Below the pieces are notes generated by a model. It saw only the letters and a program-made list of their open reading frames with translations, was not told where the DNA came from and did not search any database. This document shows positions 21,046 to 29,677 of a stretch of 64,000 nt of DNA, piece after piece. A program made the translations under genes and the position numbers. The stretch is taken from the NCBI RefSeq assembly GCF_030149515.1, contig NZ_JASBRI010000015.1, forward strand, positions 15,477-79,476, read 5' to 3'. The DNA is from Maricaulis sp. (GTDB taxonomy: Bacteria > Pseudomonadota > Alphaproteobacteria > Caulobacterales > Maricaulaceae). The first letter of the stretch is position 1; each line of letters begins with the position of its first letter.

Positions 21046-21542
21046 TCTTCAACCACTCCCTCATCGATCAGGCCGAAACCCTGCTCGACCGCGCACGCAC
21101 CGCCGGGGTGATGATCGCAACGGCGGAAAGCTGTACCGGCGGTCTGGTCTGCGGCCTGCTGACCGAAATCCCCGGCTCCTCCGATATCGTGGACCGCGGT
21201 TTCGTGACCTATTCCAACGAAGCCAAGACGGAAATGCTGGGCATTCCGGCGCGGATCATCGAAGCCCATGGTGCGGTTTCCAGCGAGGTCGCCAAACGCA
21301 TGGCCGAGGAGGCTCTGCTGCGCTCCAATGCGGATATCGCGGTATCGGTCACCGGTGTGGCAGGCCCCGGCAGTTCCGGGCGCAAACCGGCCGGCCTGGT
21401 GCATTTCGCCCTCGCCCGCCGCGACGGAGAGACCAGGCATGAGGTGCACCGCTTCGGCGATCGCGGCCGCGATGCGGTGCGCCTCGCCAGTGTTGCCACG
21501 GCGCTCGACCTGCTAGCCGAGGGCGTCGATTTCTTCAGCTAG
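21042..21542 (+). CDS. cinA: CinA C-terminal domain protein (NMN deamidase PncC-like)
   Basis: TAESCTGG, GSS, VTYSNEAK, GAVS, TGVAGP; ATGA overlap with ispDF. Confidence 0.93.
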   Translation: MIFNHSLIDQAETLLDRARTAGVMIATAESCTGGLVCGLLTEIPGSSDIVDRGFVTYSNEAKTEMLGIPARIIEAHGAVSSEVAKRMAEEALLRSNADIAVSVTGVAGPGSSGRKPAGLVHFALARRDGETRHEVHRFGDRGRDAVRLASVATALDLLAEGVDFFS

Positions 21543-22013
21543 GTCAATCGCCGGTTCTCCGGTGCGGGCGTAGCGGCGGTCCGCTTCGGCGGAAAATTTC
21601 CGGATCAGGATACGGCCGGCGCGTTCCCGATTGCTTTCCAGCAGCATCTGCAGGATGGCATTCCTGAACTCGGCCCGGATGGCGAATTCGACCAGGGTCG
21701 ACCCGTCCGACAGGGCGTGAAAGCGCCAGGCATTTTCCAGAATGCGGAACGGGCCGGAGACGAAACTCACATCGATGGTGCGATGTGACGCGTCGGCGAT
21801 CACCCGCGAGGTGAAGCGTTCGGCGACGAATTTGTAGCGCACACGGGCCTCGGCGGTCATTTCCGTCAGGGGACCGTCATGCGCTTCGTTGAGCACGCGC
21901 ATCGCCGTGATCTGCGGGATGAATTGAGGATAGGCACGCACATCCATGACCAGATCGAACAGATCGTCCGGCGCATGGAATAGCCGCAGGCGTTCGCGGG
22001 TTTCGACGGCCAC
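21513..22013 (-). CDS. START-domain RatA/Coq10 family protein
   Basis: LFDLVMDVRAYPQFIP, ERFTSRV, GPFRILENAWRF; downstream of lipA. Confidence 0.88.
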   Translation of the reverse strand: MAVETRERLRLFHAPDDLFDLVMDVRAYPQFIPQITAMRVLNEAHDGPLTEMTAEARVRYKFVAERFTSRVIADASHRTIDVSFVSGPFRILENAWRFHALSDGSTLVEFAIRAEFRNAILQMLLESNRERAGRILIRKFSAEADRRYARTGEPAIDLAEEIDALG

Positions 22014-22027
22014 GTCGCAGCGCCCCG

Positions 22028-23005
22028 TCAGCCGCGCGCGATGAGGGCGTTGCGCGCCTCGCGCAGCTTTTCGAAATCATCGCCGGCGTGATAGCTCGAG
22101 CGCGTCAGCGGCGTCGCCGACACCATCAGGAAGCCCTTTGCCCGGGCAATCGTCTCGTAGGCCTTGAACTCGTCCGGCGTGACGAAACGGTCGACGGCGG
22201 CATGCTTGCGCGTGGGCTGGAGATACTGCCCGATGGTCAGGAAATCGATGCCGGCGGACCGCATATCGTCCATCACCTGCATGACTTCTTCCTTGGTCTC
22301 GCCCAGGCCGACCATGATGCCCGACTTGGTGAACTGGGCCGGATCGCGCTCCTTCACCCGCTCCAGAAGTCGCAGGGAGTGGTAATATCGCGCGCCCGGC
22401 CGGATCGACAGGTAGAGCCGCGGCACGGTTTCCAGATTGTGGTTGAACACATCCGGCGCGGCGTCGATGACGCGTTCGGCAGCGCCGGGCTTGCGCAGGA
22501 AGTCCGGTGTGAGAATTTCCACCGTCGTGCCCGGTGCCAGTTTGCGGATCGCCTCGATCACGTCGACGAAATGCTGGGCCCCGCCATCGTCCAGATCGTC
22601 ACGGTCGACCGAGGTTATGACGACATGTTTGAGCCCCATCTGCGCCACGGCCTCGGCGACGCGCCGGGCCTCGTCCCGATCGACGGCGCCGGGCAGGCCG
22701 GTCTTGACGTTGCAGAAGGAACAGGCGCGGGTGCAGGTATCGCCGAGGATCATGAAAGTGGCGTGCTTCTGTTCCCAGCATTCGCCGATATTGGGACAGC
22801 CCGCTTCCTCGCACACGGTGACGAGACCGCCCTCCTTCACCACTTTCTGGGTTTCCGCAAAGGTCTTGCCAAGCGGCGCCTTGACGCGAATCCAGTCCGG
22901 CTTGCGCAAGACCGGCGTATCCGCCCGCTTCTGCTTTTCCGGGTGCCGCGCCGCCCGCGCTTCGGATGCGGCTTCGCGCGCCGTATTGTCGATCAGATTG
23001 GCCAT
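22028..23005 (-). CDS. lipA: Lipoyl synthase
   Basis: [33 protein letters not shown]. Confidence 0.97.
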   Translation of the reverse strand: MANLIDNTAREAASEARAARHPEKQKRADTPVLRKPDWIRVKAPLGKTFAETQKVVKEGGLVTVCEEAGCPNIGECWEQKHATFMILGDTCTRACSFCNVKTGLPGAVDRDEARRVAEAVAQMGLKHVVITSVDRDDLDDGGAQHFVDVIEAIRKLAPGTTVEILTPDFLRKPGAAERVIDAAPDVFNHNLETVPRLYLSIRPGARYYHSLRLLERVKERDPAQFTKSGIMVGLGETKEEVMQVMDDMRSAGIDFLTIGQYLQPTRKHAAVDRFVTPDEFKAYETIARAKGFLMVSATPLTRSSYHAGDDFEKLREARNALIARG

Positions 23006-23011
23006 GGTGAG

Positions 23012-23040
23012 CACATAAGCCGGAGCGCGCTTTCCATCAA
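23012..23040 (-). promoter_or_regulatory. Putative sigma70 promoter of lipA (TTGATG-N17-TATGTG)
   Basis: Hexamers with a 17-nt spacer end 6 nt before the ATG; no SD is visible. Confidence 0.5.
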
Positions 23041-23259
23041 GTTGACGGAACTGTTGGGTGCTATGCGGAATCGGGAGACGGGCTCCCTCCCGGGCACAAG
23101 TGACGGAGCTCGCGCCTCCCGTCCCGGAAGCCGCCTGCGAGTCCACAGGCACAGGAGCGGGCGGGAACAAACCGGGACGCGTTTCCGGCAAGCCGCTGCA
23201 GGTCCCGGGAATTTACCGGCGTGTCGCGGGATAAGCCGTGCGCCAGGCCTTCCCCGCAC

Positions 23260-23883
23260 TCACCCGGGCTTGCGGCAGATCAGGAACAGGGCGGAGCGCC
23301 TGGACGGTTTCCAGTCGTAGACGATCTCGAAGCCGGCCTCATGCATGCTCTTGCGCAAGGCGTTGGCCGAAAACACCCGCAATAATGGGAAGAGTCCGAC
23401 CAGCCGGGCAATGGGGATGATGGGGATCAGGAACCAGAGCCCGTCGGCGACACAGACCGTCGAGGAGACGAAAACGCCACCGGGCTTGAGCAGGCTGCAG
23501 GCCTTCGCAATTCCCTCATCCCGGTCTTCCAGCAGGTGCAGGATCGACAGGCCGAGCACGGCATCGAAACTTTCCGGATCGGCCTCCAGGTCGGCGAAAT
23601 CGGTCCGTTTGAAAGTGATATTGCCGGCACCGGCTTCGCGGGCACGCTCCTCACCGAAGCGCAGCATCTCCTCGGAGATATCGGTCGCCAGATAATGTTT
23701 CACATGCGGCGCATGCCGCACCGCCGTCCCCCCGGTTCCGCAGCCGAATTCGAGTACCTCGCTGTCGGGCGTGAAGTATTGCCGGGTCTTTTCCAGCTTG
23801 TGCTCGTAGGCGGCCTCGTCCTCGATCGGCGAGTTGAAATAGCGCTTGGCCATACGGTTCCAGAAACGGCGTTCTCGATTCAT
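23260..23883 (-). CDS. Class I SAM-dependent methyltransferase
   Basis: VLEFGCGTG, ATDIS, FDAV, LLKPGGVFVS. Confidence 0.92.
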   Translation of the reverse strand: MNRERRFWNRMAKRYFNSPIEDEAAYEHKLEKTRQYFTPDSEVLEFGCGTGGTAVRHAPHVKHYLATDISEEMLRFGEERAREAGAGNITFKRTDFADLEADPESFDAVLGLSILHLLEDRDEGIAKACSLLKPGGVFVSSTVCVADGLWFLIPIIPIARLVGLFPLLRVFSANALRKSMHEAGFEIVYDWKPSRRSALFLICRKPG

Positions 23884-23975
23884 TGCTCTTCCCTTGGTCT
23901 TGCCGGCAACCTCGTTTACTCATACACAAAACCAATATAAATCCGCATTTTCCTCGAACTGATATACGAAAAATC

Positions 23976-24875
23976 ATGAACTGGCAGAGTGTCGCCTTTG
24001 ACTGGAACCAGATCCGCGCCTTTCTCGCGACTGTCGAGGAAGGTTCCTTTTCCGCCGCCGCGCGGGCGCTGGGACAGACCCAGCCGACCTTGTCGCGCCA
24101 GATTACCGCGCTGGAGGAGGATCTCGGCATCACCCTGTTCGAGCGCGGCCGGCGCAGCATGCGGCCAACCGGAGCAGCGCTCGAACTCATCGATCATGTA
24201 CGCGCCATGGGCGAAGCGGCCCAGCGTGTCTCGCTGACGGCATCGGGGCAGGCCCAGTCGGTCGAGGGGTTTGTCTCGATCACATCAACCGACATAGTGG
24301 CAACCCATCTTCTGCCGCCGGTGCTGGAGCGGCTGCGCGCCCTCGCTCCCAAGCTCCAGATCGAGATCATCGCCTCGAATACCGTACACGATCTGACCAA
24401 GCGCGAGGCCGATATCGCCATCCGGCATGGCCGGCCCGAACAACCCGACCTGATTGCGCGACTGCTGGGCGAAACGACAGCCGGTCTTTATGGTGCGCCG
24501 AGTTATCTCGACCGGGTCGGCAGACCGCAAACTGCGGAAGACGTATCCCGTCTGGACTTTGTCGGATTCGAGCGCGGTCCGCGCATACTGGAGTTTGTCC
24601 GCGATCTCGGCTTGGATCTGACACCGGAGAATTTTCGCGTCACATCCCAGAGCGGACCGGCCTATATCGCCCTGATCCAGCGCGGTTTCGGACTCGGATT
24701 CGTGACCCGGGACATGCTGGCCTTCTACCCCGATCTCGAGCCGGTCTATCCGGCCCTGCCCCCGATACCCGTCCCGGTCTGGCTGGTCACGCACCGCGAA
24801 CTCAACACCAGCCGCAAGATCAGGCTGGTATTCGATACGCTGGCGGAGGAGCTCAAGGCCCGATGGGCGTCCTGA
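23976..24875 (+). CDS. LysR family transcriptional regulator
   Basis: FDWNQIRAF, GSFSAAARALGQTQPTLSRQI, READIAIR; divergent from the methyltransferase. Confidence 0.94.
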   Translation: MNWQSVAFDWNQIRAFLATVEEGSFSAAARALGQTQPTLSRQITALEEDLGITLFERGRRSMRPTGAALELIDHVRAMGEAAQRVSLTASGQAQSVEGFVSITSTDIVATHLLPPVLERLRALAPKLQIEIIASNTVHDLTKREADIAIRHGRPEQPDLIARLLGETTAGLYGAPSYLDRVGRPQTAEDVSRLDFVGFERGPRILEFVRDLGLDLTPENFRVTSQSGPAYIALIQRGFGLGFVTRDMLAFYPDLEPVYPALPPIPVPVWLVTHRELNTSRKIRLVFDTLAEELKARWAS

Positions 24876-24882
24876 AACGAAA

Positions 24883-24910
24883 ACGGGCGGTGCCATGCAG
24901 CACCGCCCGT
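24883..24910. terminator. Intrinsic terminator hairpin between convergent lysR and rpsI
   Basis: ACGGGCGGTGC-catgca-GCACCGCCCGT, an 11-bp stem with a T-rich tail on the minus strand. Confidence 0.8.
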
Positions 24911-24936
24911 CTTGCATTCCGATAGGCCGGACAGCC

Positions 24937-25434
24937 TTAGCGCTTCGAGAACTGGAAGCTGCGGCGGGCCTTCTTGCGGCCGTACTTCTTGCGCTCGACC
25001 ACACGGCTGTCGCGGGTCAGGAAGCCATTGGCCTTCAAGACAGGGCGCAGGCCCGGTTCGAACAGCGTCAGGGCCTTGGAGATGCCGTGACGCACGGCAC
25101 CGGCCTGGCCGGACAGACCGCCGCCGGTCACGGTGGCGACGATGTCGAACTCGTCCTTGCGCTCGGCGGTTTCCAGCGGCTGCTGCAGCAGCATGCGCAG
25201 GACCGGACGCGCGAAATACTGTTCCTGGTCCTTGCCGTTGACCGTGATCTTGCCATTGCCGCGCTTGATCCACACGCGGGCGACCGCATTCTTGCGCTTG
25301 CCGGTGGCGTAGGAACGGCCATGTTCGTCGATTTGGGGCTCGGCCGGAACGGCGTCCTCGGCGACCACGGCAGTGTCGCCGGCGTCTTTCATGACGTCCT
25401 TCAGGTCTTCGAGCGAGCGGGCTTCTTCACTCAT
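24937..25434 (-). CDS. rpsI: 30S ribosomal protein S9
   Basis: [39 protein letters not shown]. Confidence 0.98.
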   Translation of the reverse strand: MSEEARSLEDLKDVMKDAGDTAVVAEDAVPAEPQIDEHGRSYATGKRKNAVARVWIKRGNGKITVNGKDQEQYFARPVLRMLLQQPLETAERKDEFDIVATVTGGGLSGQAGAVRHGISKALTLFEPGLRPVLKANGFLTRDSRVVERKKYGRKKARRSFQFSKR

Positions 25435-25435
25435 A

Positions 25436-25900
25436 TCAGCCTCGCGAATTCTTGGAGTTCAGGGACTTGAAATCGACCACTTCGGGCTGCTGGGCCTCGT
25501 GCTTGTGGTCGGGACCGGCATAAACGCGCAGGTTCGAGAATTGCTGGCGCGCCAGCGAGCTGTCTTTCGGCAGCATGCGCTGAACGGCCTTCTCGACGAC
25601 GCGTTCCGGGAAACGCCCGTCCAGCAGTTTCGCCGGAGAGGTTTCCTTGATGCCGCCGGGATGGCCGGTGTGCCGGTAATAGCGCTTGTCGTCGCGCTTG
25701 CGGCCGGTGAAGACGACCTTCTCGGCGTTCACGACGATGACATTGTCGCCCATGTCGACATGGGGGGTATAGTCCGGACGGTGCTTGCCGCGCAGGCGCA
25801 TCGCGATATAAGCCGCCAGGCGGCCGACAACGGCCCCCTCTGCGTCAATCACGACCCACTTCTTTTCGACATCCGCCGGTTTAACGGAATAGGTCTTCAT
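25436..25900 (-). CDS. rplM: 50S ribosomal protein L13
   Basis: [33 protein letters not shown]. Confidence 0.98.
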   Translation of the reverse strand: MKTYSVKPADVEKKWVVIDAEGAVVGRLAAYIAMRLRGKHRPDYTPHVDMGDNVIVVNAEKVVFTGRKRDDKRYYRHTGHPGGIKETSPAKLLDGRFPERVVEKAVQRMLPKDSSLARQQFSNLRVYAGPDHKHEAQQPEVVDFKSLNSKNSRG

Positions 25901-25948
25901 AATAATCCTGCCTCAGGCCTTTTGGGCTCGGGTTGAATTCGAGCGCGC

Positions 25949-25977
25949 CGTTTAGAGGCGATTTTCACTCCCGTCAA
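25949..25977 (-). promoter_or_regulatory. Putative sigma70 promoter of rplM-rpsI (TTGACG-N17-TAAACG)
   Basis: Near-consensus -35 box and 17-nt spacer. Confidence 0.6.
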
Positions 25978-26048
25978 GAAAGTGTCGAATTCCGGCTGTA
26001 TTTTTATACACCTATTGATGCGGTTAAATGATACCGCATTGCTCCACC

Positions 26049-26066
26049 GTGTCATAATCGCGTCGC
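26049..26066 (+). promoter_or_regulatory. Pho box-like site upstream of phoX
   Basis: GTGTCAT-aatc-GCGTCGC: two GTCRY half-sites 11 bp apart, about 45 nt before the phoX ATG. Confidence 0.5.
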
Positions 26067-26112
26067 GAAGCCATTGTATTCCCACCCTGTTTTCAATTGC
26101 CGGAGTCGTACC

Positions 26113-27486
26113 ATGCCCCTCTCACGCCGCCATTTCCTGCGCAGCACCGCCGCCACATCGCTGGCCTTCTCCGGTCTGTCGACACTTGCGGCTGCCCAGG
26201 AGCGCAGTGAGATCCAGGGCTTTCTCAACCAGGTCGACGGCTTCGGCCCCCTGCAGGCCGATCCGGCGGGGCTGTTCGACCTGCCGGACGGTTTCTCCTA
26301 TGACGTCATTTCCACCGCCGGCGATGCAATGAGCGACGGGCTGGTCGTACCGGGGGATCTGGACGGCATGGCCTGTTTCCAGCGCGCCGATGGCCGCATC
26401 GTCCTGGTGCGGAATCACGAGCTGCGGGCGCACGAGACCGCAAAATCCCCCTACGGGGCCGATGCTGCCGGGCTCGTCCTGATCGATCGCGAGCGTGTGC
26501 ACGACTGGGCAGACCGCGACACGCCGCATCTGGGCGGCACGACGCACATCGTGCTGGACCCGCAGACACTGGCCGTGGAGGCGCAATTCCTGTCGCTGGC
26601 CGGCACGGAGAATAATTGCGCGGGCGGGCCCACGCCCTGGGGCAGCTGGCTGACCTGCGAGGAGACCGAACGCAATGCCGGCGACGGTGCTCACGTCGAG
26701 CACGGCTATGTCTTCGAAGTGCCGCACGATGCCACGGGGCTTGTGGATCCCGTTCCGCTCAAGGCGATGGGCCGCTTCCGCCACGAGGCGGTGGCGGTCG
26801 ATCCGGCAACCTCGATCGCCTATCAGACCGAGGACCGCTACGACCTCTGCCTCTTCTACCGTTTCATCCCCCGTGTCGCGCAGCGCTATGCCGAAGGCGG
26901 GCGCCTGCAGGCGCTGGCCGTTCGCGGCCAGCCCGGCCTCGACCTGCGCAACTGGACCCGGTCCCGTATCCGCCCGGGCGAGTGGATGGATGTGGAATGG
27001 GTCGACCTTGACGATGTGGAGGCGCCCGAGGCCGATCTGGCGCTGCGCGGTTTCGCCGCCGGTGCGGCGCAATTCACCCGCGGCGAAGGCATCTGGTGGG
27101 GCGAGGACGAATGCTATTTCGCCTGCACCGATGGCGGACCGGAACGGCTGGGCCAGATCTGGCGCTACCAGCCGGATGAAAACGGCGGCCGCCTGCAGCT
27201 CTTCTTCGAGAGCCATGACGGCGCGGTGATGGAGAATTGCGACAATCTATGCGTGGCGCCCTGGGGCGATCTGATCGTGGTCGAGGATGGCGATGCCGAC
27301 CAGTACATCCGCGGCGTGACGCCCGCGGGCGAGGTGTATACCATCGGCCGAAATGCCCATCCCGAAAACAGCGAGATTTGCGGTCCATGTTTCAGTCCCG
27401 ACGGTTCGACCCTGTTCTTCAATGTGCAAGACGGTCCCGGACGCACGTTCGCGGTGCGCGGTCCCTGGCCGGCGCGTTCACGCTAG
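26113..27486 (+). CDS. phoX: PhoX-family (DUF839) alkaline phosphatase, Tat-exported
   Basis: SRRHFL Tat signal; DGM, LVRNHE, NCAGGPTPWGSWLTCEE, MGRFRHEA, RGEG, DNL, EDG, GPCFSPDG. Confidence 0.92.
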   Translation: MPLSRRHFLRSTAATSLAFSGLSTLAAAQERSEIQGFLNQVDGFGPLQADPAGLFDLPDGFSYDVISTAGDAMSDGLVVPGDLDGMACFQRADGRIVLVRNHELRAHETAKSPYGADAAGLVLIDRERVHDWADRDTPHLGGTTHIVLDPQTLAVEAQFLSLAGTENNCAGGPTPWGSWLTCEETERNAGDGAHVEHGYVFEVPHDATGLVDPVPLKAMGRFRHEAVAVDPATSIAYQTEDRYDLCLFYRFIPRVAQRYAEGGRLQALAVRGQPGLDLRNWTRSRIRPGEWMDVEWVDLDDVEAPEADLALRGFAAGAAQFTRGEGIWWGEDECYFACTDGGPERLGQIWRYQPDENGGRLQLFFESHDGAVMENCDNLCVAPWGDLIVVEDGDADQYIRGVTPAGEVYTIGRNAHPENSEICGPCFSPDGSTLFFNVQDGPGRTFAVRGPWPARSR

Positions 27487-28502
27487 GAGCCGGCCTGCTT
27501 GCGCTGGCGGCCTGTGCCGACCCGGCCGAAGACCCGGGCGAAGGCCTGCCCGAAACGGCCGCGGAGAACACGCTGGAAGTGCTGGTGACGGCCGCCTTTA
27601 CCGGCGTCGATGGCGGTGCCGGCGCACTGACCTTCCTGCCTGACGCGGATGCGCCCTCGCTGGGCTATGTCGTTTCGGCACCGCGCGAAGGCGGGCTGGA
27701 CATCTTCAATCTCGACGGCGAGCTGCAGACCCGCCATGCCGGGGCCCGCCTGACAGGTCTTGCCGCCGCACCGGGGTTCGAACTGCGCGGCGAGTCGCTG
27801 CCGCTCGTCTTCGGTGCCTCGCCGGACAATGACAGTGTTTTCGGCTATGCCATCGTGCGCGACGGTGCCCGTGTGCTGGAACTGCCACTGCAGACGACCC
27901 AGGGCGCGGACGGCGTGGCCGGGCTGTGCCTGCTGCGTGAGGGACCGGGCTTTGTGGAACTGGTCGTGCTGGGCACGGGCGCCAATGCCGAGGTCTGGCG
28001 CGTCCGCGATGCCGGCGAGGATGTTCTCTCCGTCCAGACGCTGCGCAGCTTCCCCCTGCCCGCTCCGGCGCGCCAGTGCGATGCTTTCGATGGCGAGATA
28101 TATACCGCCAGCCCGGCCGGCGGCCTGACCCGCCTGTCCGGCGACGGCGCCATCCTGGCCGAAGCCCAGACAACAGCGACGTCGCTGACCGTCGGCGAGT
28201 TTTCCGGCACGCGTCTGGTCCTGGCGACGGACGGCAACAGTGAAACCGTGCGCAGCTTCGACGCGCGCTCGCTTGCGGCGCGCGAGAATATCGACGTCGT
28301 CGACGGCCTGTCGACGCCGGGCATCGGCCGGCCGGGTGCAATCGAGGTCTCGCACGCCGATTTCGGCTTTACCGCCTATTCCAATGGCATGCTGGCCGTG
28401 TTCGATATTGCCGACCAGCGCGTCAAGGTGATCTCCCGCGATGCCTTCGCACGGGCGGTGATCACAGGCGAGAATGCCGCGGCGCCGGCCGAGGCGGGTT
28501 AG
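27387..28502 (+). CDS. Lipoprotein resembling a degenerate beta-propeller phytase
   Basis: Lipobox LAAC (Cys codon 27513). Segments GGLDIFNLDG, VAGLCL, LRSF, AIEVS, GMLAVFD, VKVIS are colinear with BPP phytase motifs. Start is uncertain and overlaps phoX. Confidence 0.65.
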   Translation: MFQSRRFDPVLQCARRSRTHVRGARSLAGAFTLGAGLLALAACADPAEDPGEGLPETAAENTLEVLVTAAFTGVDGGAGALTFLPDADAPSLGYVVSAPREGGLDIFNLDGELQTRHAGARLTGLAAAPGFELRGESLPLVFGASPDNDSVFGYAIVRDGARVLELPLQTTQGADGVAGLCLLREGPGFVELVVLGTGANAEVWRVRDAGEDVLSVQTLRSFPLPAPARQCDAFDGEIYTASPAGGLTRLSGDGAILAEAQTTATSLTVGEFSGTRLVLATDGNSETVRSFDARSLAARENIDVVDGLSTPGIGRPGAIEVSHADFGFTAYSNGMLAVFDIADQRVKVISRDAFARAVITGENAAAPAEAG

Positions 28503-28508
28503 GCTTTC

Positions 28509-29534
28509 CTATACCGCCCGCCGCGCGGTCCAGGCCGCGCACACGGTGGCGATGAACAGGAGAACCGCGCCGAACTGGTGCGCCAGGGAGAGGCTCAGGG
28601 GCGCCACCGCCAGCAGCGCGGCGATGCCCAGTGCGATCTGGCCGGTCACCAGGGCCGGCAGGATCACCATGAAGGGTTTCAGCGACACACGCGGCTCGAA
28701 CCAGATCAGCGCGGCATAGGCGGCCACGGCCAGGGCCACGAGATAACCGGTCCAGCGGTGGTGCAATTGCACCGCGGCATGGCTCTCGAACATGGCCTGA
28801 AGGAACCCCATCCCGCCGAGATAGTCTTCCGGGATCAGCTCGCCATTCATCAGGGGCCAGGTGTTGTAGATACGACCCGCATCCAGCCCGGCCACAAAGG
28901 CGCCCAGCAGGATCTGCAGGAAAACCAGACCCAGAAGTGCAACCGAGGTTCCGGCCAGCTTGCCGCGGCGCATGGGCGGCGGGCCGAACCTCGCCTCCAG
29001 CGCCAGCCAGATCGTAACCCCCAGAATGACAAAGGCCATGCCCAGATGCGTGGCCAGCCGGTACTGGCTGACATCGAGGCGGTCGACGAGGCCTGACGCG
29101 ACCATCCACCAGCCGATCGCGCCCTGAAGGCCGCCCAGCAGGAAGAGGCCGAACAGGCGCGGCTTGAGACGCGCACTCAGGTGCCCGCGCATCCAGAAGA
29201 CGACAAAGGGAACGAAAAAGATGAGTCCGATCGTCCGGCCCAGCTGGCGGTGACCCCATTCCCACCAGAAGATGAAACGGAATTCGTCCAGCGTCATGCT
29301 GGAATTCTGGGTCTGGAATTCGGTGGTCTGCTGGTAGAGCCGGAATTCCGCCTCCCAGTCGCCCTGCGTGATCGGCGGAATGGCGCCGGAAATCGGCTTC
29401 CACTCGGTGATCGACAGGCCGCTATCGGTCAGGCGGGTGGTGCCGCCGACAATGATCATGGCGATGACGAATGCCGCAACGATGAACAGCCAGTTCGACA
29501 CGGCGCGGCTGGTGGTGGAGGTGTGGTAGGCCAT
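28509..29534 (-). CDS. ctaA: Heme A synthase (COX15/CtaA type 2)
   Basis: GGTTRLTDSGLSITEW, WEWGHR, GWWMVASGL, RLATHL, HHR, HQ. Confidence 0.95.
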   Translation of the reverse strand: MAYHTSTTSRAVSNWLFIVAAFVIAMIIVGGTTRLTDSGLSITEWKPISGAIPPITQGDWEAEFRLYQQTTEFQTQNSSMTLDEFRFIFWWEWGHRQLGRTIGLIFFVPFVVFWMRGHLSARLKPRLFGLFLLGGLQGAIGWWMVASGLVDRLDVSQYRLATHLGMAFVILGVTIWLALEARFGPPPMRRGKLAGTSVALLGLVFLQILLGAFVAGLDAGRIYNTWPLMNGELIPEDYLGGMGFLQAMFESHAAVQLHHRWTGYLVALAVAAYAALIWFEPRVSLKPFMVILPALVTGQIALGIAALLAVAPLSLSLAHQFGAVLLFIATVCAAWTARRAV

Positions 29535-29677
29535 GCGCGCTAACTACCGCAAACCGGCGCCGGGGCAAGACGGTGCCTTCACTCCGCCACGCAAAGCGGC
29601 TGATATTCGGCTCGCATGGCATGCAGTGACGCGCCATCATGTCACAGGTCGACACGGAAAACGGGAGCGAAACGGTC

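Noticed and set aside
21513-22013. RatA as a toxin-antitoxin system
   Set aside because: There is no ratB partner. The lipA-linked START protein is the Coq10-like housekeeping type.
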